This document shows positions 31,050 to 39,482 of a DNA stretch of 47,862 nucleotides, piece after piece. The position numbers were made by a program, and so were the translations under genes. Position 1 is the stretch's first letter; the number at the start of each line of letters is the position of its first letter. Under the pieces are notes generated by a model. That model ran no database searches. It saw only the letters and a list, made by a program, of their open reading frames with translations, and was not told the origin of the DNA. The stretch comes from a phage. Location of the stretch: the sequence record OZ346152.1, one strand, 5' to 3'.

Positions 31050-31081
31050 TATTTCAACGAAGCAAACATGAGGAAATAAAA

Positions 31082-31261
31082 ATGGTGGTATTCGATAAAC
31101 GCGCTTTTAATCTTGCTCAAGAAGTAGCAAAAGGTTCAGTAGAGGGCGGTTCAAAGGAAGGATTCCAGTTTGATTGGGGCATCGCGATGTTTTTACTGAA
31201 AGTTGCATACGGTCACGCGCCAATTGAACAAGCGGAGACATATTATAAGCATGAAGGTTGA
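31082..31261 (+). CDS. hypothetical small protein (59 aa, below the track cutoff)
   Basis: ATG with GAGGAAA RBS about 30 nt downstream of the box promoter; ORF translated by hand. Confidence 0.3.
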   Translation: MVVFDKRAFNLAQEVAKGSVEGGSKEGFQFDWGIAMFLLKVAYGHAPIEQAETYYKHEG

Positions 31262-31493
31262 GCAAGGAAGAGATGCAGTATGGAATCACGCTAAAGAATG
31301 CGGAATAGCCGACGATATAAAGAAGATCGCGCAATACTTTGATATTGCAGATGTGAGCATAATTAGCGGCGACAAGATGACTTTCCTCAAGGAAAGGCCG
31401 CGAAAAATGGTAAGAGTTCCAGCAGTTCCAACAAAAATTGATTTCAAAGAGGCAATGGCTAAAATCCGAGAGCCTCGCAAATATTATAAATGA
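31251..31493 (+). CDS. hypothetical protein
   Basis: 80 aa from the first ATG of track ORF 31203..31493; overlaps the preceding small ORF. Confidence 0.3.
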   Translation: MKVEQGRDAVWNHAKECGIADDIKKIAQYFDIADVSIISGDKMTFLKERPRKMVRVPAVPTKIDFKEAMAKIREPRKYYK

Positions 31494-31587
31494 GGATAGT
31501 TATCATGTGGCGCTTGTTTGTTCTACCGTTACCCGTTATCATCGCTGTTACAGTTATGTACCATATAGTGATGAGATAGGTAGCAGA

Positions 31588-32703
31588 ATGAAAAATGTAA
31601 AAATTACAGATGAGCAATTCAAGATCGAACGGGCGGCAGGTAAGACATATAAACAGATCGCTCAAGAGTACGGAATGAATGTGAGAAGCGTCGAGCGTCG
31701 CGCGGCGCGTCTTGCAAAGCAAGGGCAGTTATCGACCATCGGGGCGCCTGGTTTTGGTGTTCATGGTGAGTCAGTAATGACTGACAAAGAAGGAAATATA
31801 ATCCTCAAGTGGACCAAAACCAGCAAGGATAAAGAGCAATTAGAGGCACTGATGCGCGCAGCAATGGAGGCATTTAGCGAGGAAGTGCCGCGATTAGATC
31901 CAGTTCCATTGCAGGAGCGTAACTATAATGAAACGCTTTCATTGTATCCGATCTTTGACATGCACTTAGGCGCTATGGCCCATAAGCACGAATGCGGCGA
32001 AAATTGGGATACTGCGACGGCAGAGCGCGTTATGAATAACTTTATCGACTATGCTTTGATGTGCGCACCGGACAGCGAAAAGGCTGTTATCCTGATTGGT
32101 GGCGATATGCTGCATAGCGACGGCCTGGAGGCGGTGACACCTGCAAGCGGTCACGTACTTGATCAAGATAGCCGATATGCAAAATTGGTTTACGTTGCAA
32201 TACGTGCAGTGCGCCGCGCAATTAATAAAATGCTGTTAAAGCATAAACATGTTGAGGTCCAGGTCGTAGAGGGTAATCACGACCAATCAGGAATGATTTG
32301 GCTACGCGCAGCAATGGCGGCAGCATATGAGAACGAGCCGCGCGTTTACGTTGATGTTTCTCCTCGCGTTGTTCACCACACGCAATACGGAAAAACTTTC
32401 CTTGCGTACCATCACGGGCACACAGTGCGCAAACCTGAGACTTTGCTAATGATGTGCGCGTCAGATTGGCGGGAGGACTTCGGAAACTCAAAAACTATGT
32501 ATGCGCACGTAGGGCACTGGCATCACCAGACTGTGACGGAAACGTCGCTTGGCATCGTTGAGGTGCATAGCACCCTGGCGGCAAAAGACGCATACGCCGC
32601 GCGCGGTGGCTGGAGATCTCGACGCCGTGCAGCGGTTATCATTTACGACAAAGAGCATGGAGAAGTGGGGCGATTTGTTCACTATCCAGAAATGATGAAT
32701 TGA
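31588..32703 (+). CDS. metallophosphoesterase (calcineurin / SbcD-Mre11-like) with N-terminal sigma-region-4-like HTH
   Basis: Motifs DMH, GGDMLHSD, GNHD, GHWHH; N-terminal TYKQIAQEYGMNVRSVERRAARLAKQ; first ATG of the frame (track start 31438 is TTG). Confidence 0.55.
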   Translation: MKNVKITDEQFKIERAAGKTYKQIAQEYGMNVRSVERRAARLAKQGQLSTIGAPGFGVHGESVMTDKEGNIILKWTKTSKDKEQLEALMRAAMEAFSEEVPRLDPVPLQERNYNETLSLYPIFDMHLGAMAHKHECGENWDTATAERVMNNFIDYALMCAPDSEKAVILIGGDMLHSDGLEAVTPASGHVLDQDSRYAKLVYVAIRAVRRAINKMLLKHKHVEVQVVEGNHDQSGMIWLRAAMAAAYENEPRVYVDVSPRVVHHTQYGKTFLAYHHGHTVRKPETLLMMCASDWREDFGNSKTMYAHVGHWHHQTVTETSLGIVEVHSTLAAKDAYAARGGWRSRRRAAVIIYDKEHGEVGRFVHYPEMMN

Positions 32704-32749
32704 TGAATTTTTATTTAAATCAATGACAAATTAAATCAAAAACTTGCAA

Positions 32750-32779
32750 AGGGGCGGCGTTTGTCGCCTCTTTTTTTTG
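32750..32779 (+). terminator. rho-independent terminator (moderate)
   Basis: AGGGGCG..CGCCTCT stem with one G-T pair followed by an 8-nt T-run. Confidence 0.45.
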
Positions 32780-32848
32780 TTTAATTTTTTACCATGTAAG
32801 TTTATCATTCGGTCAATATATTGACTTTAATTAATATGGAGAATAAAA

Positions 32849-33064
32849 ATGAAAGATTTTATTAACGCAGCTACCGCCGGATCTGGCGGTTCATCTATCG
32901 CAAGCGCAGCTACAGGGCAGTTAACCATTGCTATTGCCAGCTTTGTTTTAATGGCTGCATTCGGTGCATGGGGCGCTTACCTTCGCTGGCGTGATAGTAA
33001 AAAATTCCACGAGGCGATCGAAAAAGGTGATATTCAAAAAGCTATTGAAATCAGGGGCAAGTAA
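32849..33064 (+). CDS. holin (pinholin-like)
   Basis: 71 aa; weakly hydrophobic Gly/Ala/Ser-rich first segment then a hydrophobic second TMD and charged C-terminus; directly upstream of the endolysin. Confidence 0.55.
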   Translation: MKDFINAATAGSGGSSIASAATGQLTIAIASFVLMAAFGAWGAYLRWRDSKKFHEAIEKGDIQKAIEIRGK

Positions 33065-33555
33065 TGAGCATAAAGAACAAGGTAGCGGCTGCGGCCTTTG
33101 GCGTTGCGGTTGCCTTGACTTCTCCACTTCTTGAAGAGATCGAAGGGGTAAGATACAAGCCATACAAAGATATTGCGGGAGTATGGACTGTTTGCGCAGG
33201 AATAACCGGACCAGATGTTATCCTGGGGAAAACGTACACTAAAAAAGAGTGTGATGCTTTGTTGGCTAAACATATCCAGGTTGCTAAAAAAGAAGTTGAC
33301 AAGCAAGTTAAGGTTGACATTCCTGATAGTATGCGTGCAGCAATGTACTCATTCACTTATAATGCAGGAGTTGGAGCTTTCAGAAATTCAACAATGCTGA
33401 AACTCATCAACCAGGGGAAATTAAACGAGGCTTGCGATCAGCTTTATCGTTGGACGTATTACCATAACCCCAAAACAGGAAAGCGCGAGAAGTCTAAAGG
33501 CTTACTTAACAGGCGCAAGGTCGAATACAAATATTGCACAATGGATCTGAAATGA
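33064..33555 (+). CDS. SAR endolysin (GH24 lysozyme)
   Basis: N-terminal signal-anchor-release-like segment ([15 protein letters not shown]) then lysozyme E..D..T catalytic arrangement ([26 protein letters not shown]). Confidence 0.75.
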   Translation: MSIKNKVAAAAFGVAVALTSPLLEEIEGVRYKPYKDIAGVWTVCAGITGPDVILGKTYTKKECDALLAKHIQVAKKEVDKQVKVDIPDSMRAAMYSFTYNAGVGAFRNSTMLKLINQGKLNEACDQLYRWTYYHNPKTGKREKSKGLLNRRKVEYKYCTMDLK

Positions 33556-33947
33556 TGAAGAAATTTTTACTTACACCAATCGCAATGGCGGTGATCTTGT
33601 CTGGATGTTCAAGCGTTACGCCACTGACCGGATTAATCGGCAGTAAGCCGGAAATAACAGCACAGGCTGGCGCGGAGAACGTGAAGCAGACAGTTGGCAT
33701 TACAGCAAAGCAGGACGCCAGCACAAAACAGAAAACCACAATAAAGGAATCTGCGGTTGACAAGGTGGACACGTCCAGCAAGAAGGATTTCACAACATCA
33801 ACCATTCAGGCCAATACCATCAAGGCAGACAAAATTCAGGTCGTGCAGGGTAATAACGGCAGATGGTACGATCCAGTAATCATATGCGTGGTTGTGTTAA
33901 TTGTGCTGATTTGTCTTTACTGGAGAGAAAAGAAAAAGGAGGCTTAA
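33552..33947 (+). CDS. unimolecular spanin (T1 gp11-type)
   Basis: Lipoprotein signal with lipobox LSGC at the N-terminus and a single C-terminal TMD ([16 protein letters not shown]); overlaps the endolysin stop. Confidence 0.7.
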   Translation: MMKKFLLTPIAMAVILSGCSSVTPLTGLIGSKPEITAQAGAENVKQTVGITAKQDASTKQKTTIKESAVDKVDTSSKKDFTTSTIQANTIKADKIQVVQGNNGRWYDPVIICVVVLIVLICLYWREKKKEA

Positions 33948-33965
33948 TGCCTCCTTTATTTTTAT
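33938..33965. terminator. bidirectional terminator
   Basis: GGAGGC-TTAAT-GCCTCC hairpin with T-rich runs on both strands, between convergent genes. Confidence 0.55.
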
Positions 33966-34186
33966 GCGTCGGGCCACATATGAGTTTCGTTTGTTGGCTT
34001 GTTCGATTCGTCGTACTGCCTTACTTCAATGCTGAAAGTGTCGCCGTACAGTTCTGCAATCTTGCGCTCATTTTCAACCGCCGATTGCTCACTCCATCCA
34101 AAATCCCTGTCGTAAATTGTCGGGATTTCAGCAGAAGATCCGTTGTCATGATTATATACGCGAACTACTAAAAACTTGCTGGACAT
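33962..34186 (-). CDS. hypothetical protein (acidic)
   Basis: 74 aa; AAGG RBS; driven by the box promoter at 34223-34266. Confidence 0.4.
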   Translation of the reverse strand: MSSKFLVVRVYNHDNGSSAEIPTIYDRDFGWSEQSAVENERKIAELYGDTFSIEVRQYDESNKPTNETHMWPDA

Positions 34187-34222
34187 AATTTTACCTTTTG
34201 GTTGTTTCGTTTCGATGAAACA

Positions 34223-34266
34223 AATATACCCGACACTAGGCCGGGCGTTTTAACAAAAAATGCTAT
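34223..34266 (-). promoter_or_regulatory. box-type promoter unit (box, N18 hairpin, TATATT), inverted copy of the 31006 unit
   Basis: Minus strand ATAGCATTTTTTGTTAAAAC, GCCCGGCCTAGTGTCGGG, TATATT. Confidence 0.55.
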
Positions 34267-34457
34267 TCCATACGCTTTACCGTAACCAGTAATACACCAT
34301 CATCATTGCATAAAACATGTTCAGTGGTGCTAAAAGCGCGCATATCTGAATAAAGTAGCGTAAGTAAAGCATGAATAAAATCCTCATGTGATATTGAATT
34401 TACGGCGCAGTGCTTCAAGATCTTGTCTATTAGCTTTTGCCTGGAACAATTCATCAT
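34263..34457 (-). CDS. hypothetical protein (overlaps the 3' end of the 34384 gene out of frame)
   Basis: 64 aa; GGGGAG RBS; TAG stop inside the box; real status uncertain. Confidence 0.25.
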   Translation of the reverse strand: MMNCSRQKLIDKILKHCAVNSISHEDFIHALLTLLYSDMRAFSTTEHVLCNDDGVLLVTVKRME

Positions 34458-34779
34458 CGCCCATCTCCCCTATTCTCGCCATATCCCTGATCCAGTCGTT
34501 GCGCATACCATCCAGGCTATACAATTCGAATCCGAAAGGCCGCTTTGACGATCCTTTGGACCAGTATTTTCCGCAGACCCCATCTATATAACCAGCCGTC
34601 ATCATTCTTGCGCAAAATTCCTTAGATGCAAGGCTGGCGAACATTCGCGGCGTAAGTCCGGCGGCCCGTGCGAGCCGCTCACATTCTCTATGCTGATAGA
34701 TAAATTTGGCTATGTGCTGCCTGTTAAACCAGTCGTATGACTCACACCATTTATACAGATCAAGCAAAAACATAATCAT
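34384..34779 (-). CDS. hypothetical protein
   Basis: 131 aa; ATGA overlap with the upstream ATPase gene. Confidence 0.4.
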   Translation of the reverse strand: MIMFLLDLYKWCESYDWFNRQHIAKFIYQHRECERLARAAGLTPRMFASLASKEFCARMMTAGYIDGVCGKYWSKGSSKRPFGFELYSLDGMRNDWIRDMARIGEMGDDELFQAKANRQDLEALRRKFNIT

Positions 34780-36356
34780 CCCAGCAGTATTGGATTGACA
34801 AAAATAACACCATTAATCACACAAACATAATTTCTTTCTTCCAGCATTGGCAGCAAGTGCCCTTCTATCCTCTTCATTACGCCAGCCTGACCAACGAAAG
34901 GTTTTACCTTTCTCGCCGATTCGTACAGGGCGCGAATATTCAGGATACCTTTGTTAGCCTTGCCGTGCCTCGTGATCAATTCAATCAATTTACCCATTTC
35001 AGCATCATCACCAGCATAACCAGAAGCATTGGCGGCGCTAATGTATGTTTTGCTCAATTCCTGAAACATGATCAACGCCTCTTGCATTGTTTCCACGTCG
35101 ATCTCTTTCGACTTCTGCGGGTATCCGGCAGGATTAAACCAGTTACGGATAACATGCAGGACGGAAGCAAGCCTGATCACCTGTTTATCCATTTTACCCA
35201 GCGCACCGCGTAACATTGTATGAGAATACTTTCCGCCGTCTGCAAGATGCGGTTCCATATCCTGGCGAGCAATGTTGAGCACTCGCATAGCTGAGCGGCT
35301 TATTTTCAGCGATATATTTGATTCGCTCATGATGTTATGCACCAATTGATAATATTGGGCTTTCAATTCAGAATCCACCGCCTCATAGGTAGAATCACCA
35401 TTTTCATCAATGAATGAGCGACGGCCTAAGAATGATTCTTCGCGGACCAACAAAAAGCGCTCACTCACACCGATACCGCGCGATCCAGCGTCCATGATAC
35501 CGCTTATCGTTTCATCCTGTGCTATAACGCTCATGCATCCAAGCGCGCGAAAACTCATATTATTGTCAGCATTAGCACGGGCAATTGATACGTGACCATT
35601 ATCCCACGCCTTAAGCACTAGCTCACTGTTAGTCTTCCTTTCGCTATTTGCATAGGTCAAGCCTAACAGGCTATTAATACTTGTTGCTTCGTCAGATATT
35701 ACGGCAAAGTTACCTTGCTTGTTGTTGATTTTCGCCAAGCCTTCTGGAGTTGTATCTGAAACAGGAAAAGTTATATCACACATTTTTTCCAGCTTTTCCT
35801 CCAGATCCTCTTTTTCCTGGTATAGAGATTCCATATCAGCGCCGGATCTTTCGCTTTTCATCTCCTTTGCAAGACCTGCCAGCTTTGCCTGTATTTTCTT
35901 TCTTTCCTTGCGGCGTTGCTCGTTGATCTTCTCAACTTCCGCAATCATCGGAGCAATAGCCATACTGTTGATCGCAGATTTACCAGTTGACGGCGGCTGG
36001 CTTGTAACGACGTAAAGCGCAGTCGGCTGATCGGTTCCGTGATAGTCAACCGTAAAGCGTCCAAGCATAGCGGCAGAAATGCAGCCGATAAAGTGCATGT
36101 AAGCCGATGATTCAGGGAATTGAACGGATCGCGCAATGCTGCGTGATAACTTGCCTACAACATCAATATCATTACCAAGAGAAATAACGGGGTAGCGATC
36201 GTGACCGCTATTCACATCCTTTACGTCGCCCCAAAAGCTGGACGACTGGCGATAGCCGTTAGCCTGAATTGATACGCGAACTGGCGAAAGGTTCTGGCTT
36301 TCAGCCATAGCGATTATTTGCTGTGGAGTTAATTTGTTCGTTTCTAATGAAAACAT
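34776..36356 (-). CDS. P-loop NTPase of unknown role (possible replication/recombination ATPase)
   Basis: 526 aa; Walker A-like PPSTGKS and Walker B-like FAVISDEATS; AAGGAG RBS. Confidence 0.4.
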   Translation of the reverse strand: MFSLETNKLTPQQIIAMAESQNLSPVRVSIQANGYRQSSSFWGDVKDVNSGHDRYPVISLGNDIDVVGKLSRSIARSVQFPESSAYMHFIGCISAAMLGRFTVDYHGTDQPTALYVVTSQPPSTGKSAINSMAIAPMIAEVEKINEQRRKERKKIQAKLAGLAKEMKSERSGADMESLYQEKEDLEEKLEKMCDITFPVSDTTPEGLAKINNKQGNFAVISDEATSINSLLGLTYANSERKTNSELVLKAWDNGHVSIARANADNNMSFRALGCMSVIAQDETISGIMDAGSRGIGVSERFLLVREESFLGRRSFIDENGDSTYEAVDSELKAQYYQLVHNIMSESNISLKISRSAMRVLNIARQDMEPHLADGGKYSHTMLRGALGKMDKQVIRLASVLHVIRNWFNPAGYPQKSKEIDVETMQEALIMFQELSKTYISAANASGYAGDDAEMGKLIELITRHGKANKGILNIRALYESARKVKPFVGQAGVMKRIEGHLLPMLEERNYVCVINGVIFVNPILLG

Positions 36357-36384
36357 TCGTTAGCTTCTCCTTTGTGGGCCGTAA

Positions 36385-36428
36385 ATTTTAACGGCCCAAT
36401 ACTACCCCGTTTTGTCAAAAAGTGCTAT
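36385..36428 (-). promoter_or_regulatory. box-type promoter unit (box variant with GACAAAAC, N18, TAAAAT)
   Basis: Minus strand ATAGCACTTTTTGACAAAAC, 18 nt, TAAAAT; GGGCCGT..ACGGCCC dyad spans the -10. Confidence 0.5.
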
Positions 36429-36646
36429 TTGATCCGCTCTATTGCAACCAGAAGTCGATCAGGCTGGCGGTCGCTGTAGCATTCTCCTGTAATCCCATCC
36501 TTAAACGTAAAGTAAAGCGCCTTATGATATGAAAAACCAATCAGCCAACCTACCGCCGTTTTTTTGATGGGCCTGACTATATCGCCAGGCTTGAAAGTCT
36601 TTGTGGTAGAATGCGTTACTTTGTAACGGTTTTCACTGTTTATCAC
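36425..36646 (-). CDS. hypothetical protein (GTG start)
   Basis: 73 aa; GTG start preceded by GAGGG and overlapping the upstream stop; TAG stop inside the box. Confidence 0.35.
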   Translation of the reverse strand: MINSENRYKVTHSTTKTFKPGDIVRPIKKTAVGWLIGFSYHKALYFTFKDGITGECYSDRQPDRLLVAIERIK

Positions 36647-37029
36647 AGATATTTTCCCTCAAAAAGATAACAGCCGCCAGCAGAGAATCCGACCTCTTCA
36701 CGGTACAGGTTCCAGCGGTCGCCGCACTCATCAAAAACATAACCCGCAACGCTTCCAAGCGGTCGCCCTTTCTCGATCTGGTATCGCTTGCCCTGCTTAA
36801 AGTGCTTTTTGCACGGCATGTTATGATCTACAAACGTGCAAAGAACGGTTTTTGTGTTAATGGCGCGGTAATCATCTCGGTTTGCTGGAAGCCAGCGGCT
36901 ACCCTTAACAAGCGTCTTAACTTGGAACTCTTCCACCTCGATCACATCATTACTTCCTGCAATCTTCTGATAAACCGTTTTAAAACGGCCTTTCATCAAT
37001 ACGTTGGTTTCATTACAGATAACATTCAT
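36643..37029 (-). CDS. hypothetical protein
   Basis: 128 aa; AAGGAG RBS; several Cys/His residues. Confidence 0.4.
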   Translation of the reverse strand: MNVICNETNVLMKGRFKTVYQKIAGSNDVIEVEEFQVKTLVKGSRWLPANRDDYRAINTKTVLCTFVDHNMPCKKHFKQGKRYQIEKGRPLGSVAGYVFDECGDRWNLYREEVGFSAGGCYLFEGKYL

Positions 37030-37058
37030 GATCAGATCTCCTTTGTTTGTTCGATGTG

Positions 37059-37102
37059 ATTATGCCAGGTTTTTACACCTGGCTTTTAACAAAAAGTGCT
37101 AT
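37059..37102 (-). promoter_or_regulatory. box-type promoter unit (box, palindromic N18 CCAGGTGTAAAAACCTGG, CATAAT)
   Basis: Perfect box core on the minus strand; 18-nt hairpin spacer; CATAAT. Confidence 0.55.
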
Positions 37103-37809
37103 TTTGAGTTTGACTCAAAGACGGCGCGAGCAAAGCCGCGCGGAGTGAGGGAGCGGATCATCTTTGTGCGCGATGACTTGCCGCCAGTTTTGGCCCATCC
37201 TGGATTATCTTTGTCTTCCTCTTTCGGCAGGATTAAAGCGCGTGGAGGAATAACAAAGCCGTTGCCAGTCCAGAGGCACGTTTTCTTAAAGTAGCGATCC
37301 CGCGCCGGAATAATATCAGGGAAGTCGGGATGTTTATCATCTTCCGGCAGATAGCCAGCGTAATCGCACGGATGGAACGTATAATCAGGCTTTCGCCATA
37401 ACGTTGACAACTTGCCAACCGGATTTTCGATCATGTAAGGAACACCGAAATAATCAGCTATATCAGCCGCGATCCTGCAAGTGTCGGCGGCCTCATCCTG
37501 GAACGATGGATTCTCAAGGCGTTTTTTGGCCCAATGGCGAGATCCGCTATTTGCAAGGTCGGTGCATGGTGGAAATGCCATAATAAAGTCAGGAATGCCC
37601 CATTCCTCCCAGCGCGCGCGGTGGTAAAATCTTTCATCAATCCAGACGTTAACGTATTCGATATTCTCATGCTGTATGCGCACTGACTGGTAATCACCGT
37701 GATCGCCGCCGTCAGCATTAAAGCAAATGCACTTATAGCCATTATCAGCCCAATCTTTAACGGCTTTACCAGATCCATCAAATAGGGAGAATATTAAACC
37801 TTTATACAT
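37099..37809 (-). CDS. DNA C5-cytosine methyltransferase-like protein (small Dcm-type)
   Basis: 236 aa from ATG at 37809 with GAGG RBS; motif I-like FSLFDGSG, motif IV-like PPCTDLANSG, motif VI-like IENPVG; TAG stop inside the box. Confidence 0.55.
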   Translation of the reverse strand: MYKGLIFSLFDGSGKAVKDWADNGYKCICFNADGGDHGDYQSVRIQHENIEYVNVWIDERFYHRARWEEWGIPDFIMAFPPCTDLANSGSRHWAKKRLENPSFQDEAADTCRIAADIADYFGVPYMIENPVGKLSTLWRKPDYTFHPCDYAGYLPEDDKHPDFPDIIPARDRYFKKTCLWTGNGFVIPPRALILPKEEDKDNPGWAKTGGKSSRTKMIRSLTPRGFARAVFESNSK

Positions 37810-37819
37810 CGTAATTACC

Positions 37820-38044
37820 TCAAAACGGAAAACAGCGCGCACAACCAGGATCGAAATCGCATCCACAATCATTAACAATCATGGTGGGATCTGCAAATAT
37901 TGCGCTTGATTCAAGATCCATATCCATATCACCTAAAGCCTCATCAAGAGTCTTAATTTTATATGCCACTTCAAGCGCTGCCTCTTTATTTAGTCCGGCA
38001 TCTTCTGCCATTTGAAGGCGTTCAAAAAATCCGTCTTGACTCAT
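37820..38044 (-). CDS. small acidic protein with C-terminal Cys cluster
   Basis: 74 aa, Asp/Glu-rich, CGCDFDPGCARC near the C-terminus; AAGGAG RBS inside the upstream peptide ORF. Confidence 0.4.
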   Translation of the reverse strand: MSQDGFFERLQMAEDAGLNKEAALEVAYKIKTLDEALGDMDMDLESSAIFADPTMIVNDCGCDFDPGCARCFPF

Positions 38045-38157
38045 CGCATAATCTCCTTAATAACAACCAAGATAATAGCCAGGCCAGCAGCAGTAACCAA
38101 AAAGCCAGCCGCGCCAATAATCGAATAAAAAAAGAAATCAATAGCTTTATCCATCAT
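38041..38157 (-). CDS. small hydrophobic peptide (38 aa, single predicted TMD)
   Basis: MMDKAIDFFFYSIIGAAGFLVTAAGLAIILVVIKEIMR; GAGGTG RBS; stop overlaps the next ATG; below the track cutoff. Confidence 0.3.
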   Translation of the reverse strand: MMDKAIDFFFYSIIGAAGFLVTAAGLAIILVVIKEIMR

Positions 38158-38199
38158 TTTTCACCTCATTTAAAAGGCGGCAAAACGCCGCCAGATTAA

Positions 38200-38427
38200 T
38201 TAAAGAGCGCGCCAACTTTGAATATAGAAAGCGTTTTCTTCCAGTAATTCTTTTACCTGATCTTTATTGTATTTGCGCACCTTGCCGCCTGGATGGATGC
38301 CAATAAGATAGCCGCCTTTGCCCTCGGTGATAGTGATTTGGCTAATTCCGCAAGACTTATCAAGTTTTACAGCCACGCGGTGATGAGCGTCAATAGTTGC
38401 CATAATGTTTAAAACTTTTGCTTTCAT
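38200..38427 (-). CDS. hypothetical protein
   Basis: 75 aa; GAGGA RBS. Confidence 0.4.
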   Translation of the reverse strand: MKAKVLNIMATIDAHHRVAVKLDKSCGISQITITEGKGGYLIGIHPGGKVRKYNKDQVKELLEENAFYIQSWRAL

Positions 38428-38535
38428 TTAAATATCCTCAATTGAAATATGAATGACGTGGCGCTCTTTTCCCGTCGCCGCCGTAATGGTCATTTGCAAC
38501 CGCCACCATCCAGGTATTTTTGAAAATAAATAGCA

Positions 38536-38748
38536 TCATTTCTTATTTTTCATCTTAAATTTATGGCCTGGAACACCAGCGCCAATATAGCCATCGTTGT
38601 ATTCCATTAAATAAAGGTGAAGACCATTGTCTGAAATTACATGGGGATCTTCTTTGAGATTTCCCATTAGTGGATATTCTTTTCCGCGCGTAAATCTCCA
38701 AGTTGAGTTATAAGTTTCTACGCATTTAAGTTTTAATTGCTTTGCCAT
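38536..38748 (-). CDS. hypothetical protein
   Basis: 70 aa; TAATG-coupled to the upstream gene. Confidence 0.4.
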   Translation of the reverse strand: MAKQLKLKCVETYNSTWRFTRGKEYPLMGNLKEDPHVISDNGLHLYLMEYNDGYIGAGVPGHKFKMKNKK

Positions 38749-38945
38749 TAAATGATCTCCATTACGGTTTCAAAGCCAGCCAACTTGAAATGATATTCGT
38801 TAACCTTAACAACCTTCCATTCCAAGCCTGAATGGTAAGCAACCATATCATCAAGATCGATGGTAATTTCAGTGCCTTTCTTGAATAAGCCTTTTTCGTG
38901 AGACTTGTCGCGAATAATTACTTTAACATCAACTTGATTTTCCAT
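38748..38945 (-). CDS. hypothetical protein
   Basis: 65 aa from ATG at 38945 with GAGGA RBS (track start 38996 would lie inside the promoter unit). Confidence 0.4.
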   Translation of the reverse strand: MENQVDVKVIIRDKSHEKGLFKKGTEITIDLDDMVAYHSGLEWKVVKVNEYHFKLAGFETVMEII

Positions 38946-38976
38946 CTTTAAATCCTCGTTTGTTGTCGATGGGTGT

Positions 38977-39020
38977 AATATACCATTCAGGAGCACATCG
39001 TTTTTAACAAAAAGTGCTAT
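38977..39020 (-). promoter_or_regulatory. box-type promoter unit (box, N18, TATATT)
   Basis: Minus strand ATAGCACTTTTTGTTAAAAA, 18 nt, TATATT, then ..CATCGACAAC..GAGGATTT, ATG. Confidence 0.55.
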
Positions 39021-39307
39021 TCAACAACTTTTCCAGTTAAAGAGATAAGTTGCCTTGTAATCTTGTGGCGTCGATACTTACGCGCAACAACCGGAAGGTT
39101 TTCACCGCTTTGATGACCAAAACAGATCGGCAATTCACCTTCAAGCGAACGGAAGCCGCCAAATTCAAGATCCCGCACTGGCTTCGCGCGCCAGGCTTCA
39201 ATAAATCCGCGTTCGTCACGAGTGATATAGCGGTATATGTTCGGGAGGGGCAATTGTATCCCCTCAAAATCCACGGTATCGGTATAGCTATAAAACTTAG
39301 AACTCAT
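39017..39307 (-). CDS. hypothetical protein
   Basis: 96 aa from the ATG overlapping the upstream small-ORF stop; TAG stop inside the box. Confidence 0.4.
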   Translation of the reverse strand: MSSKFYSYTDTVDFEGIQLPLPNIYRYITRDERGFIEAWRAKPVRDLEFGGFRSLEGELPICFGHQSGENLPVVARKYRRHKITRQLISLTGKVVE

Positions 39308-39449
39308 AGTCAACAACTCCAAACTCGTTAACGATTTGCGCCTTGTAGAAGCCGCCATTTTTAGCCAGGTTGTAACAAGCGGCTACGGTTTCAAATTCGC
39401 GCGCTTCCGGCTGGCTGTTTTCGTGTTCCCAGGTAATCAGAGTAACCAT
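39297..39449 (-). CDS. hypothetical small protein (50 aa, below the track cutoff)
   Basis: Hand-translated MVTLITWEHENSQPEAREFETVAACYNLAKNGGFYKAQIVNEFGVVDYEF; GAGGA RBS 8 nt upstream. Confidence 0.3.
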   Translation of the reverse strand: MVTLITWEHENSQPEAREFETVAACYNLAKNGGFYKAQIVNEFGVVDYEF

Positions 39450-39482
39450 TTTCAAATCCTCACATTCGTTGTCGATGCGTGT

